Source: Alkalilimnicola ehrlichii MLHE-1 (GTDB lineage: Bacteria > Pseudomonadota > Gammaproteobacteria > Nitrococcales > Halorhodospiraceae). Taken from it: a DNA stretch of 32,000 nucleotides. Shown here in pieces: positions 15,514 to 24,461 of the stretch. How positions within the stretch are numbered: position 1 is the first letter of the stretch; every line of letters starts with the position of its first letter. The DNA lies in contig NC_008340.1 in NCBI RefSeq assembly GCF_000014785.1, positions 990,001-1,022,000 of the forward strand. The letters are read 5' to 3'. Below the pieces are notes generated by a model. The model did no database searches and was not told the DNA's origin. It saw only the letters and a program-made list of their open reading frames with translations. The translations under genes and the position numbers were made by a program.

Positions 15514-16026
15514 ATGGAGGGGGCCGACGACATCGTTCCGATGGGCGAGGTGGTCGGTCTGCATGGCGTGCGGGGCTGGGTGAAGGTGTACTCCCACACC
15601 GAGCCGCGTGAGGCCATACTGGATTACCCCCATTGGTATCTGCGCCGTGACGACGGCGACTGGGTGCCAGTGGAGCGCACCGCGGGGCGCTGCCAGGGGA
15701 AGGGCCTGGTGGCCGCCTTCCGGGACGTGGAGGATCGCGACCGGGCACGGGCCTACATCGGCCTGCAGATTGGCGTGCCGCGGCGTGATCTGCCCGAACT
15801 GCCCGAGGGGCAGTACTACTGGGCGGACCTGGAGGGGCTGGCCGCCTATACGACCGGCGGGGAACCGCTGGGACGGGTGTCACACCTGTTTGCCACCGGC
15901 GCCAACGACGTGTTGGTGTTGCAGGGCGACCGGGAGCGGCTGGTGCCCTTCGTGTACGGTCAGACGGTGCGCCGGGTGGACCTGACCGCCGGACGCATCG
16001 AGCTGGACTGGGACCCTGATTTTTGA
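15514..16026 (+). CDS. rimM: 16S rRNA processing protein RimM
   Basis: [45 protein letters not shown] and the C-terminal ELDWDPDF match RimM. The start at 15514 is the most upstream ATG after the rpsP stop. Confidence 0.88.
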   Translation: MEGADDIVPMGEVVGLHGVRGWVKVYSHTEPREAILDYPHWYLRRDDGDWVPVERTAGRCQGKGLVAAFRDVEDRDRARAYIGLQIGVPRRDLPELPEGQYYWADLEGLAAYTTGGEPLGRVSHLFATGANDVLVLQGDRERLVPFVYGQTVRRVDLTAGRIELDWDPDF

Positions 16027-16043
16027 CGGCCAGAGAGCGGAAC

Positions 16044-16826
16044 ATGGGTGAGTCCGGGGCGGACACCGGCGGCTTGCACCGGATCGACGTGATCACCCTC
16101 TTCCCCGAGTTGGTCGCGGCGGTGGGGCACCACGGTATCACCGGCCGGGCGGTGGAGCGGGGGCTGCTGGAGCTCCAGCTCTGGAATCCGCGGGACGATG
16201 CGAGCGACCGGCACGGCACCGTGGACGACCGCCCCTACGGCGGCGGCCCCGGGATGGTCATGAAGGTGGAGCCGCTGGCCACCACCCTGCGCAAGGCGCG
16301 GGCCGCCAGCACACTCCCGTCGCGGGTCATCTACCTGAGCCCGCAGGGGCGCAGGCTGGACCAGGCCGGGGTGCGCGAGCTGGCGGACGAGCAGCGGCTG
16401 ATCCTGATCTGTGGCCGCTACGAGGGCATCGATGAGCGGGTGATCGAGGCCGAGGTGGACGAGGAGTGGTCCATCGGCGACTACGTGCTCAGCGGCGGCG
16501 AACTGCCGGCCATGGTGATGGTGGACGCCCTCACCCGGATGATTCCCGGCGCCCTGGGCCACCAGGATTCCGCGGAGGAGGACAGCTTCACCGACGGGCT
16601 CCTGGACTGCCCGCACTACACCCGGCCGGAGTGCTGGGAGGGGCGACAGGTGCCCACGGTGCTGCTCTCCGGGGATCACGGCCGGGTGGCGCGCTGGCGG
16701 CGCAAGCAGGCGCTGGGTCGGACCTGGCTGAGGCGGCCGGAATTGCTGCGGGAGCGGGAGCTGGACGATAATAGCCGCCGGCTTCTGGAAGAATTCATTG
16801 ATGAGCACCGGGCAGCGGACCGGTAA
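16044..16826 (+). CDS. trmD: tRNA (guanine37-N1)-methyltransferase
   Basis: [52 protein letters not shown] and HYTRP are present. The ATG at 16044 is preferred; a TTG at 16023 overlapping the rimM stop is possible. Confidence 0.92.
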   Translation: MGESGADTGGLHRIDVITLFPELVAAVGHHGITGRAVERGLLELQLWNPRDDASDRHGTVDDRPYGGGPGMVMKVEPLATTLRKARAASTLPSRVIYLSPQGRRLDQAGVRELADEQRLILICGRYEGIDERVIEAEVDEEWSIGDYVLSGGELPAMVMVDALTRMIPGALGHQDSAEEDSFTDGLLDCPHYTRPECWEGRQVPTVLLSGDHGRVARWRRKQALGRTWLRRPELLRERELDDNSRRLLEEFIDEHRAADR

Positions 16827-16848
16827 ATCGAGAACCGAGGGTACAGGC

Positions 16849-17202
16849 ATGAACATCATCGAGCAGCTCGACAAGGAGCAGATGGCGGCCCGCGAGGCCA
16901 AGATTCCCGAGTTCGGTCCCGGCGACACCGTGACCGTCCAGGTCTGGGTGAAGGAAGGCGGTCGTGAGCGTCTGCAGGCCTTCGAGGGCGTGGTGATTGC
17001 CAAGCGCAACCGCGGCATCAACAGTGCCTTCACGGTGCGCAAGGTCTCCCATGGTGAGGGCGTCGAGCGCGTCTTCCAGACCTACAGCCCGATCATCGAG
17101 AGCGTGAAGGTCAAGCGCCGGGGTGACGTGCGCCGCGCCAAGCTTTACTACCTGCGCGAGCGCAGCGGCAAGTCTGCCCGCATCAAGGAAAAGGTGAAGT
17201 AA
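16849..17202 (+). CDS. rplS: 50S ribosomal protein L19
   Basis: [12 protein letters not shown]...[38 protein letters not shown]...RRAKLYYLR matches L19. The ATG at 16849 follows GAGGG. Confidence 0.95.
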   Translation: MNIIEQLDKEQMAAREAKIPEFGPGDTVTVQVWVKEGGRERLQAFEGVVIAKRNRGINSAFTVRKVSHGEGVERVFQTYSPIIESVKVKRRGDVRRAKLYYLRERSGKSARIKEKVK

Positions 17203-17252
17203 GGCGGCGGGTGCCCGTCCGCCGGGGTGTTGCCTCCGGCGGGCCCCGTCAA

Positions 17253-17295
17253 CAGGAAGCCCCCGGTGGCTACGCCATCGGGGGCTTCCTGTTTG
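17253..17295 (+). terminator. Rho-independent terminator of the rpsP-rplS operon
   Basis: A perfect 13-bp stem, CAGGAAGCCCCCG / CGGGGGCTTCCTG, with a 13-nt loop, followed by TTTG. Confidence 0.75.
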
Positions 17296-17411
17296 CTGCC
17301 GCTACGATCGGGCGGTTTAGCTGAGTGTGGTGATCGCCCGTTCCGCACGTTCGCCCCGGTCCGCCCCAAAGCCGGCGCGCTGGGCGACCGGCCCGGCCAC
17401 GGCGCCGGTCG

Positions 17412-17891
17412 TCAGGCGCTGGTGATGCATCGCCCGGGCCCGGCGCCCCCTTGGGCGCCGTCCCGCCCGTAGGTGACCCCCTGGGCGGGGGCCCCGGTCA
17501 GGATGGCAAGGATGCCGGCGGTCTGCTCCAGGCTGCGGTGGATCAACCGGCCGTTGGCCTCGTTGCTGCGCTGTAGTGCCTGCAACTGGCGGGTCAGGGC
17601 CTGCCACTCCGCCTCCAGGCCGGCGTCCGACCGCTCGCGCAGCAGACGGCGCATGCCCTCCGGGTCCGGCGCATAGCCCAGCGCCCAGGCCGCCTCCGCG
17701 CGCTGGCGCTCCGCCGCTTCCAGCGTCGCCAGCGCCTCCAGCTTCTCGGGCATCAACGCGGTAAGGCCCTCGGGGTCGCGCTGCTCCAGCAGGCCGCGCT
17801 CCCGTTCGAGCACCGCCATGACCGTGTGCGCACACTCCTGGCAGCGTTGCAGGCTGTCACGGAGGCGGTCATCCTGGTCAGAGTCGGTCAT
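17412..17891 (-). CDS. flgN: Flagellar export chaperone FlgN
   Basis: Its position after flgM and its helical, Leu/Glu/Arg-rich sequence (LERERGLLEQRD, LQALQRSNEANGRLI...SLEQTAGILAILTG) fit the FlgN family. Confidence 0.8.
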   Translation of the reverse strand: MTDSDQDDRLRDSLQRCQECAHTVMAVLERERGLLEQRDPEGLTALMPEKLEALATLEAAERQRAEAAWALGYAPDPEGMRRLLRERSDAGLEAEWQALTRQLQALQRSNEANGRLIHRSLEQTAGILAILTGAPAQGVTYGRDGAQGGAGPGRCITSA

Positions 17892-17933
17892 AAGCCGTCG
17901 TCCTCACGGTGCCGGGGGCGGCCTGCCGCCCGG

Positions 17934-18254
17934 TCAGTCGTTCAGGAGGTTCTCCAGTTCCACCATGCGGCTGGCGATCCGCTCCGCATCCACCGGATAC
18001 TCGCCGTTGGCGATGCGCTCTTTCAGCGCATCGACCCGCTCCCGGTTCACCTCCGGGGTGGCGTCGATCTGCTGGCGCACGGCCTGCAGCCGGTCGGAGA
18101 CCGCGGCCTGGTCGGCGGCGGGGCGCTCGCCGGCAGCCGATGACCGCTCGCCGGCGCCGTCCTGCCGGGTGCTGCCACCTGCCTTGCCGGCATTGCCCGG
18201 GGTCAGTCCCGGGGTGGCCGGGAGCCGGTTGCCGTTGTTGATGGGATCCGTCAT
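17934..18254 (-). CDS. flgM: Anti-sigma-28 factor FlgM
   Basis: A 106-aa protein with a disordered Gly/Ala/Pro-rich N-terminus and the conserved C-terminus RVDALKERIANGEYPVDAERIASRMVELE. Confidence 0.85.
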   Translation of the reverse strand: MTDPINNGNRLPATPGLTPGNAGKAGGSTRQDGAGERSSAAGERPAADQAAVSDRLQAVRQQIDATPEVNRERVDALKERIANGEYPVDAERIASRMVELENLLND

Positions 18255-18324
18255 TGTGCTCTCTCCGTCCAGAATCTTGACTCAGCGTTGCCCGGGGTGG
18301 GGCTGAGCGGTCACTCTGGATAGT

Positions 18325-18351
18325 CAATCGGCCGATCGTCCGGAAACTTTA
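18325..18351 (-). promoter_or_regulatory. Sigma-28 (FliA) promoter of flgMN
   Basis: The minus strand reads TAAAGTTT-ccggacgatcg-GCCGATTG. Against the consensus TAAAGTTT-N11-GCCGATAA, the -35 matches 8/8, the spacer is exactly 11 nt and the -10 matches 6/8. Confidence 0.72.
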
Positions 18352-18405
18352 GCCGGCTATCGCTGATTTGAGAATATGCGAAAACCGTGCCGGTGGCGAT
18401 GCCCC

Positions 18406-19122
18406 TCACCGACCGACCTCCACCAGGGATTCGCCGGCCACCCGGCCCTCGACCACTCGCCCGGAGCTGCCCGCCTCGACCCGCACGATATCGCCCAGCA
18501 CGCCGCTCTCCAATGCCTTGCCCTGGCCGGTCACCTGCACCCTGCCGCCGCCCGCGCGCAGCGTGACACTGCGACCGCGCTGCACGAGCTGCGGTGCGGC
18601 CAGCGCGTTGCCGGCAATCAGATCGCCCCGGCGCAGCGATCGGCGCAGCTCCTTGCCGATGAGATGCTCGGCTTCGGTCTCGTAGGGGCGGTGCAGTGAG
18701 GCGAGCTGGCGGCGCTCGGTGGTCACACTGTCGGCCCTCAGGCGTTCGCCTCGGCGCAGCGGACGGGCGGCCACGAGGACCTCCACCTGGGTATCCACCC
18801 GGGCGCTGACATAGACCGTCCAGGGCTGGGTGCCGGTGCAGCGCACGCCCACGGTGAGATTGCCAACACCCCGATTATCGTGGGGAGAAAACGCCTCCAG
18901 GGCGCCGTCACAGGGGTGCAGCCGCAGGCGCGGGTCCAGCCGTCCGATGGTGATCTCCAGCTCGTCACCGAGCCCGGTAAATTGCCCCTCGACCCAAGTA
19001 GCAGCGGTGGACCGGATGTCGTCGAGCGACTGGCGCTCCGCCTGCACGGGACCGCTGGCCGTCAAAAAAATGGCTGTCAGCAATAGCCCGATTGTCCGGG
19101 GCGACACGGTGTGCCTGGGCAT
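18406..19122 (-). CDS. flgA: Flagellar basal-body P-ring formation chaperone FlgA
   Basis: ORF 18406..19224, trimmed to the ATG at 19122 (signal peptide RTIGLLLTAIFLTASGPVQA). The C-terminal SAF-like region reads LRRGDLIAGNALAAPQLVQRGRSVTL...GKALESGVLGDIVRV. Confidence 0.85.
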   Translation of the reverse strand: MPRHTVSPRTIGLLLTAIFLTASGPVQAERQSLDDIRSTAATWVEGQFTGLGDELEITIGRLDPRLRLHPCDGALEAFSPHDNRGVGNLTVGVRCTGTQPWTVYVSARVDTQVEVLVAARPLRRGERLRADSVTTERRQLASLHRPYETEAEHLIGKELRRSLRRGDLIAGNALAAPQLVQRGRSVTLRAGGGRVQVTGQGKALESGVLGDIVRVEAGSSGRVVEGRVAGESLVEVGR

Positions 19123-19175
19123 TGTGGCTGCTCCGTCAATGAACCCTGTGGGGGACTGGGGTGGTGCAGGGTGAC

Positions 19176-19191
19176 AGCAGGATTCATGCCA
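19176..19191 (-). promoter_or_regulatory. Candidate sigma-54 promoter of flgA
   Basis: The minus strand reads TGGCAT-gaatc-CTGCT (GG-N10-GC spacing as in TGGCAC-N5-TTGCW), about 55 nt upstream of the flgA ATG. Confidence 0.5.
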
Positions 19192-19292
19192 GGGCACTCG
19201 GTGGCCGCGATCATTCCTATTCACTAAAACCTATGGTGGAATAGGGCCGTGGCCCTTCGCCGCCCGCATGCCGGCGGGCCGGGGCGGGGGCC

Positions 19293-19319
19293 TCAAGTTT
19301 CGGGCCCCGCGACCGATGC
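19293..19319 (+). promoter_or_regulatory. Candidate sigma-28 promoter of cheV-cheR
   Basis: TCAAGTTT-cgggccccgcg-ACCGATGC has an exact 11-nt spacer. It matches TAAAGTTT at 7/8 and GCCGATAA at 5/8. Confidence 0.55.
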
Positions 19320-19364
19320 CAAAGGCCAGGGTTGGACCGGCGTCCTGTAGCCACCGGGGGAGTC

Positions 19365-20303
19365 ATGTCGCAGATTTTGCACGCAGTCGATCAGCGCACG
19401 CAGCTGGCGGGACGCAACCGCATGGAGTTGTTGCTGTTCCATTTCGGCGGCGCCCAGCGCTACGGCATCAACGTCTTCAAGGTGCGGGAGGTCATCCCCG
19501 CGCCGCGCCTGAGCCGGGTCCCCCAGAGCCACCCGGTGGCCCGAGGCATCGCCCACATCCGTGGCCAGACCATCCCGGTGCTGGACCTGAGCATGGCCGT
19601 GGGTGGCCCGCCGCTGGATGTCGGGGATGGCGGCTACGTGGTGGTCACCGAGTACAATCGTACGGTGCAGGGTTTCCTGGTGGCTGGGGTGGACCGTATC
19701 GTGAACCTGCAGTGGGAGGACGTGCTGCCGCCGCCCTCCCAGGGCTCCGGGGAGACCTACCTGACCGCCATCGCCCGCATCGAGGGGAAGATGGTGCAGA
19801 TCATCGATGTGGAGAAGGTGCTGGCCGAACTCAACGCCGCCGGCGGGCTGGACCCGCGGCAGGTGGAGGGCGGCGCGGACGAGGCACTGCAGGGCGCGGA
19901 GGGCTGGCATGTGCTGGTGGCGGACGATTCCGTCATCGCCCGCCGGCAGGTGGTGCACACTGTGGAGGACCTGGGGTTGGCGTGCACCGCCGTGCGGGAC
20001 GGCCTGGAGGCGCTGGAACAGCTCAAGGCCTGGACGGGGGAGACCCCCTCACCGCTCGACCGGCTCCTGATGGTGATCTCCGACGTGGAGATGCCCCGCA
20101 TGGACGGCTACACGCTGACCAGCCGTATCCGCACCGACGAGGCCCTGCAGGGGCTCCATGTGCTGCTGCATTCGTCGTTGTCCGGGGTCTTTAACGAGCG
20201 GATGGTCCAGCAGGTGGGGGCGGACGATTTTCTGTCGAAGTTCCGTTCCAATGAACTGGCGGCGCGGGTGGAGAACCGCCTTGCGGCGGTGACGCAGCGC
20301 TGA
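19365..20303 (+). CDS. cheV: Chemotaxis coupling protein CheV (CheW domain fused to a receiver domain)
   Basis: The N-terminal CheW-like region contains ELLLFHFGGAQRYGINVFKVREV and IRGQTIPVLDL. The C-terminal receiver contains VLVADDS, phospho-acceptor context ISDVEMPRMDG and a SKF lysine motif. The ATG at 19365 follows GGGGGAG. Confidence 0.9.
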   Translation: MSQILHAVDQRTQLAGRNRMELLLFHFGGAQRYGINVFKVREVIPAPRLSRVPQSHPVARGIAHIRGQTIPVLDLSMAVGGPPLDVGDGGYVVVTEYNRTVQGFLVAGVDRIVNLQWEDVLPPPSQGSGETYLTAIARIEGKMVQIIDVEKVLAELNAAGGLDPRQVEGGADEALQGAEGWHVLVADDSVIARRQVVHTVEDLGLACTAVRDGLEALEQLKAWTGETPSPLDRLLMVISDVEMPRMDGYTLTSRIRTDEALQGLHVLLHSSLSGVFNERMVQQVGADDFLSKFRSNELAARVENRLAAVTQR

Positions 20304-20355
20304 GGTGCGGCCGACACGGTACGCACCCCTGCCGCGGTGGTGACTATCGCAGGGA

Positions 20356-21189
20356 GTGAGCTTGAGCGTTTCAGCCATTAAAGAGAAAGACTACCAGGCG
20401 TTCCGCCAGTTACTGGAGTCGTCCAGCGGCATTGTGTTGGGCGACAACAAGCAGTACCTGGTGGCGAGTCGTCTGGGGCCGCTGATGGCGGATCAGCGGG
20501 TTTCCGATCTGGGGGAGCTGGTCGAACGGCTGCGCCGTCCGGGCGGTGCGACCCTGCGTGCCAAGGTGGTCGAGGCGATGACCACCAACGAGACCCAGTG
20601 GTTCCGGGATGGTTTTCCCTTCCGCGTCCTGCGCGAGCGCATCCTGCCCGACTTCGTGGAGCGTGGTCAGCGCTCCATCCGCATCTGGTCCGCGGCCTGC
20701 TCCTCCGGTCAGGAGGCGTATTCCATCAGCATGACGGTGGATGAGTTCAACCAGTCGGGCCGGGGGGCGATCGACGCCGAGATCCTGGGCACCGATATCG
20801 CGCCGCGGATGATCGAGATGGCGCGTCAGGGGCGGTATCGGGCCAGTGTCGCCCGTCGCGGCCTCACTCCGGAGCGCCAGCAGCGCTTTTTCCGGGAGGT
20901 GGGTGACGACACCTGGGAGGTGCGCCCGGAGGTCAAGCGCCGGACCCGCTTTCAGCTACATAACCTGCTCGACAGCTATGCCTCACTGGGTCGGTTCGAC
21001 ATCATCTTCTGTCGTAATGTGCTCATCTACTTCTCCACGGATTCCCGTCGCGACATCATTCACCGCATGGCCCGGGCGGTCCGGCCCGGCGGCTGGCTGA
21101 TCGTCGGCGCCTCGGAGTCCCTCTCCGGCTATGCGGCGGATTTTGAGATGAAGCGCCTGGACGGCGGTGTCGTCTACCGCCGCGCCTGA
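20356..21189 (+). CDS. cheR: Chemotaxis protein methyltransferase CheR
   Basis: TTNETQWFRD, the SAM-binding IRIWSAACSSGQEAYSI, FDIIFCRNVLIYF and LRPGGWLIVG-like motifs are present. The start is either GTG 20356 or TTG 20362. Confidence 0.9.
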   Translation: MSLSVSAIKEKDYQAFRQLLESSSGIVLGDNKQYLVASRLGPLMADQRVSDLGELVERLRRPGGATLRAKVVEAMTTNETQWFRDGFPFRVLRERILPDFVERGQRSIRIWSAACSSGQEAYSISMTVDEFNQSGRGAIDAEILGTDIAPRMIEMARQGRYRASVARRGLTPERQQRFFREVGDDTWEVRPEVKRRTRFQLHNLLDSYASLGRFDIIFCRNVLIYFSTDSRRDIIHRMARAVRPGGWLIVGASESLSGYAADFEMKRLDGGVVYRRA

Positions 21190-21288
21190 ATCCGCCCCTT
21201 CGGGGCAAGGCCTTGCCGGCGGCCGGTAAAGGGCAGCCGCCCGTCCCGTCCTGGCTCGACGGCGAGCGGATGGTCTGACTCAGGCGTT

Positions 21289-21422
21289 GGCGATCTGGGG
21301 GCGGGGTGGCGGGTGTTCCCCGGTGGGGACGCCGCGAGTACATCCCTGTAGGCTCGTCGCCGGCCATCCCTGGCCGGCGACGCCCCACCGGGGAACACCC
21401 GCCACCCCGCCCCCAGATCGCC
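21289..21422. repeat. 134-bp palindromic element: 40-bp perfect inverted arms around two short hairpins
   Basis: Arm GGCGATCTGGGGGCGGGGTGGCGGGTGTTCCCCGGTGGGG (21289..21328) is the exact reverse complement of 21383..21422. The 54-nt centre holds GTCGCCGGCCA-TCCC-TGGCCGGCGAC (11-bp perfect stem) and a weaker GAGTACA-TCCC-TGTAGGCTC hairpin with a GTAG tetranucleotide. Confidence 0.85.
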
Positions 21423-21443
21423 ACCACCTCCCAATGTCTGACC

Positions 21444-21459
21444 TGGCATGCTGATTGCT
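21444..21459 (+). promoter_or_regulatory. Sigma-54 promoter of flgBCDEF
   Basis: TGGCAT-gctga-TTGCT against the consensus TGGCAC-N5-TTGCW, 35 nt upstream of the flgB ATG. Confidence 0.7.
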
Positions 21460-21493
21460 TAATCTCCCATGGAAACCACAGGAGAGGTGAGTA

Positions 21494-21898
21494 ATGAGCC
21501 TGTCGTTGGACAAAGCCTTTGGCACCCAGGAACTGGCCCTGCGCCTGCGCGCCGAGCGCTCGCAGCTCTTGGCCTCCAACATCGCCAATGCCGACACACC
21601 GCACTACAAGGCCCAGGATATGGACTTCCAGGCGGCCATGCGGGCCGCCGAGGGCAAGCAGGCCCAGCCGTTGCAGGCAACCCATGCCAAGCACTTTGCG
21701 GTCAGCCGCGGGGGCGGCCTGGCTGGCGACCCGCAAGCCCTCTACCGCGTGCCCCACGGCCCGGCCCTGGACGGCAACACGGTGGAGAGCCACGTCGAGC
21801 AGGCCCGGTTTGCCGAGAACTCGGTGCAGTACCAGGCGACGCTGACCTTCCTGGGCAATCGCATCACCGGCCTGCTCGGTGCCATTCGCGGTGAATGA
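21494..21898 (+). CDS. flgB: Flagellar basal-body rod protein FlgB
   Basis: LASNIANADTPHYKA and the C-terminal YQATLTFLGNRITGLLGAIRG match FlgB. AGGAGAGG Shine-Dalgarno upstream. Confidence 0.93.
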   Translation: MSLSLDKAFGTQELALRLRAERSQLLASNIANADTPHYKAQDMDFQAAMRAAEGKQAQPLQATHAKHFAVSRGGGLAGDPQALYRVPHGPALDGNTVESHVEQARFAENSVQYQATLTFLGNRITGLLGAIRGE

Positions 21899-21912
21899 CG
21901 GAGATTTGACGC

Positions 21913-22368
21913 ATGTCCCTGTTCAAGGTTTTCGATGTATCCGGCTCCGGCATGAACGCCCAGCAGACCCGCCTCAACACCGTCGCCAGCAACCTGGCCA
22001 ACTCGGAGACCGTGGCGGGGAGCCCAGAGCAGGCCTACCGGTCGCGCCAGCCGGTCTTCGCCTCGGTGCTGCAGGCAGCGCAGCAGGGGCAGGCGGCCGG
22101 GAATCCCAACCACCCGGGCGATGCCCGCGGTACCAACGTGGGCGTGAAGGTCGAGGATATCGTGCAGAGCGATGCCCCCGTGCAACCGCTCTACATGCCC
22201 AACCACCCGCAGGCGGACGAGCAGGGCTACGTCTACCGCTCCAACGTCAATCCGGTGGAGGAGATGACCAACATGATCTCCGCCTCACGCAGTTATCAGA
22301 ACAACGTGGAGGTGATGAACACCTCCAAAGAGCTGCTGTTGCAGACCCTGCGGTTGGGCCAGCAGTGA
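21913..22368 (+). CDS. flgC: Flagellar basal-body rod protein FlgC
   Basis: SGSGMNAQQTRLNTVASNLANSET and the C-terminal NPVEEMTNMISASRSYQNNVEVMNTSKELLLQTLRLG match FlgC. Confidence 0.93.
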   Translation: MSLFKVFDVSGSGMNAQQTRLNTVASNLANSETVAGSPEQAYRSRQPVFASVLQAAQQGQAAGNPNHPGDARGTNVGVKVEDIVQSDAPVQPLYMPNHPQADEQGYVYRSNVNPVEEMTNMISASRSYQNNVEVMNTSKELLLQTLRLGQQ

Positions 22369-22418
22369 CCGGTGGCGGACAGGCGGGCCCACGGGCGGCG
22401 ATAGAGAGGGGATAAGGA

Positions 22419-23087
22419 ATGAATATCAGCGGAGCCGGAAGCGGCGACTACAGCCGGGCACAACCGACCCAGCGGGAGCCGGCCGGCGAGCTCGGACAGG
22501 ATGATTTTCTCAAGCTGATGATCACCCAGCTGCAGAACCAGGACCCCATGAACCCCATGGAGAGTGGCGAGTTCATGTCCCAGATCGCCTCCTTCACCAC
22601 CGCCTCCGGCATGGACCAGTTGCAGAAGTCCTTCTCGGAGTTTCAGCAGGACATGCGCGCCAACCAGGCCCTGCAGGCCGCCTCACTGGTGGGGCGTGAG
22701 GTGCTGGTGGAGACCGATGCCGGCCGGCTGCCCGCCGACGGCGAGATGACCGGCATCGTCCAGCTCCCCTCGGCGGTCGCCAACGCCAACATCCACATCC
22801 ACAACGCCGCGGGTGAGCGGGTCCGCACCCTTGCCACCGGCGAGCAGCCGAGCGGCGACTACCGGTTTGCCTGGGACGGGCGTGCCGACGACGGACGTAC
22901 GTTGCCCCCGGGGGCGTACCGGGTGACCGCCTCCACCCAGGTGGAGGGCGAGGAACGGAGCCTGAGGGTCATGAACTCAGCACCGGTGGTCAGCGTGACC
23001 CTGGCCGGTGAGAACGAACGGGGGCCGCGGGTGAATCTGGACGGCATCGGCGAGATGGCCCTGTCCGATATCCGTCGGGTGCAGTAA
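22419..23087 (+). CDS. flgD: Flagellar hook capping/assembly protein FlgD
   Basis: LGQDDFLKLMITQLQNQDPMNPMESGEFMSQIASF is the FlgD signature, followed by an FlgD Ig-like C-terminal region. Confidence 0.92.
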   Translation: MNISGAGSGDYSRAQPTQREPAGELGQDDFLKLMITQLQNQDPMNPMESGEFMSQIASFTTASGMDQLQKSFSEFQQDMRANQALQAASLVGREVLVETDAGRLPADGEMTGIVQLPSAVANANIHIHNAAGERVRTLATGEQPSGDYRFAWDGRADDGRTLPPGAYRVTASTQVEGEERSLRVMNSAPVVSVTLAGENERGPRVNLDGIGEMALSDIRRVQ

Positions 23088-23115
23088 CAGCGATCGAACA
23101 AAAAGGGGATTCGTT

Positions 23116-24408
23116 ATGTCATTCGGAACATCGCTTACCGGGCTGAACGCCGCCCAGTCGGAACTCAACATCACCGGCGACAACATCGCCAACAGCTCCA
23201 CTTGGGGTTTCAAGGAAAGCCGGCCGGAGTTCGCCGACCTGTTCGCGTCCAGCAACCTGGGGGTGACCGGGCTGGCGATCGGCCAGGGGGTCCGGCTGCA
23301 GAACGTCGGCCAGCAATTCAGCCAGGGGCAGTTCGACTTTACCGAGAACAGCCTGGACCTGGGGATCAGCGGCAAGGGTTTCTTCCGTCTCAGTGACGAC
23401 GGCGATATCTCCTACACCCGGTCCGGCGCCTTCCAGCTGGACCGGGAGGGCTGGATTACCAACTCGGCCGGCAAGCGCCTGACCGGCTTCGCCGCCGATG
23501 GCGACGGCAACATCGTCGGTGACGGCCAGCAGGAGCTGCGGGTGGAGACCGGCAATGTGGCCCCCGAGGCAACCACCGAGGCGCGGATCCAGGCCAACCT
23601 GAACGCCGGCGCCGAGATTCCGCCGGCCTACACGCTGGATGCCGACGATCGCCTGGCGGACTTCGATCAGCTCGAGTGGGTGGGGCCGGATGAGAACAAT
23701 CCGGTGCCCGGCGCCGTGTTCGACCCGCGGGATACCGCCACCTTCAACGAGTCGACCAGCACCACCTTTTTCGACTCCCTCGGGCGCCAGCACACCGCCA
23801 ATTTCTACTTCATCAAGGGCAATGACAACGACTGGTATGTGCACACGGAGGTGGACGGCGAGGTCCTCAACAACGGCCAGCCCCAGCCGATCAGCTTTGG
23901 CCCCAACGGTCTCATCGAGGGCAACGCGACCTTCGACTACACCCGGGCGTTGGCCGATGCGGAGGACCTGGATTTCGAGCTCGACCTCGAATCGCTGACC
24001 CAGTTCGGCACCCCCTTCGCGGTCAGCGATATCACCCAGGATGGCTTCGCCGCCGGTGAGTTCTCCAGCCTGGATGTGTCCGAGGACGGCACCATCTTCG
24101 CCCGCTTCACCAATGGCCAGTCGGAGGTGCTCGGACGGGTGGGCGTCACCAAGTTCCCCAGCCAGGAGAACCTGCAGCCGGTGGGTGATACCGAATGGGT
24201 CGCCACCTTCGAGGCCGGTGAGCCGGTGGTCGGCACCGCCGGGACCTCGGACTTCGGCAGTATCGAATCCGGCGCCCTGGAGCAGTCCAACGTGGACATC
24301 TCGGAGCAGCTGGTGAAGATGATCGTTGCCCAGCGGAACTTCTCCGCCAACGCCAAGATGATCAGCACCGAAGACCAGATCACCCAGGAAATCCTCAACA
24401 TCCGCTGA
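23116..24408 (+). CDS. flgE: Flagellar hook protein FlgE
   Basis: MSFGTSLTGLNAAQSELNITGDNIANSST at the N-terminus and GALEQSNVDISEQLVKMIVAQRNFSANAKMISTEDQITQEILNIR at the C-terminus. Confidence 0.93.
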   Translation: MSFGTSLTGLNAAQSELNITGDNIANSSTWGFKESRPEFADLFASSNLGVTGLAIGQGVRLQNVGQQFSQGQFDFTENSLDLGISGKGFFRLSDDGDISYTRSGAFQLDREGWITNSAGKRLTGFAADGDGNIVGDGQQELRVETGNVAPEATTEARIQANLNAGAEIPPAYTLDADDRLADFDQLEWVGPDENNPVPGAVFDPRDTATFNESTSTTFFDSLGRQHTANFYFIKGNDNDWYVHTEVDGEVLNNGQPQPISFGPNGLIEGNATFDYTRALADAEDLDFELDLESLTQFGTPFAVSDITQDGFAAGEFSSLDVSEDGTIFARFTNGQSEVLGRVGVTKFPSQENLQPVGDTEWVATFEAGEPVVGTAGTSDFGSIESGALEQSNVDISEQLVKMIVAQRNFSANAKMISTEDQITQEILNIR

Positions 24409-24461
24409 TGAGGCATGACCGCCATGCCGGGCTCACACCCGGTGGCGGGGAGGCAAGACCC

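Noticed and set aside
19268-20194. 308-aa plus-strand ORF overlapping cheV in another frame
   Set aside because: The sequence is Gly/Arg/Pro-rich low-complexity. The CheV frame has clear CheW and receiver motifs.
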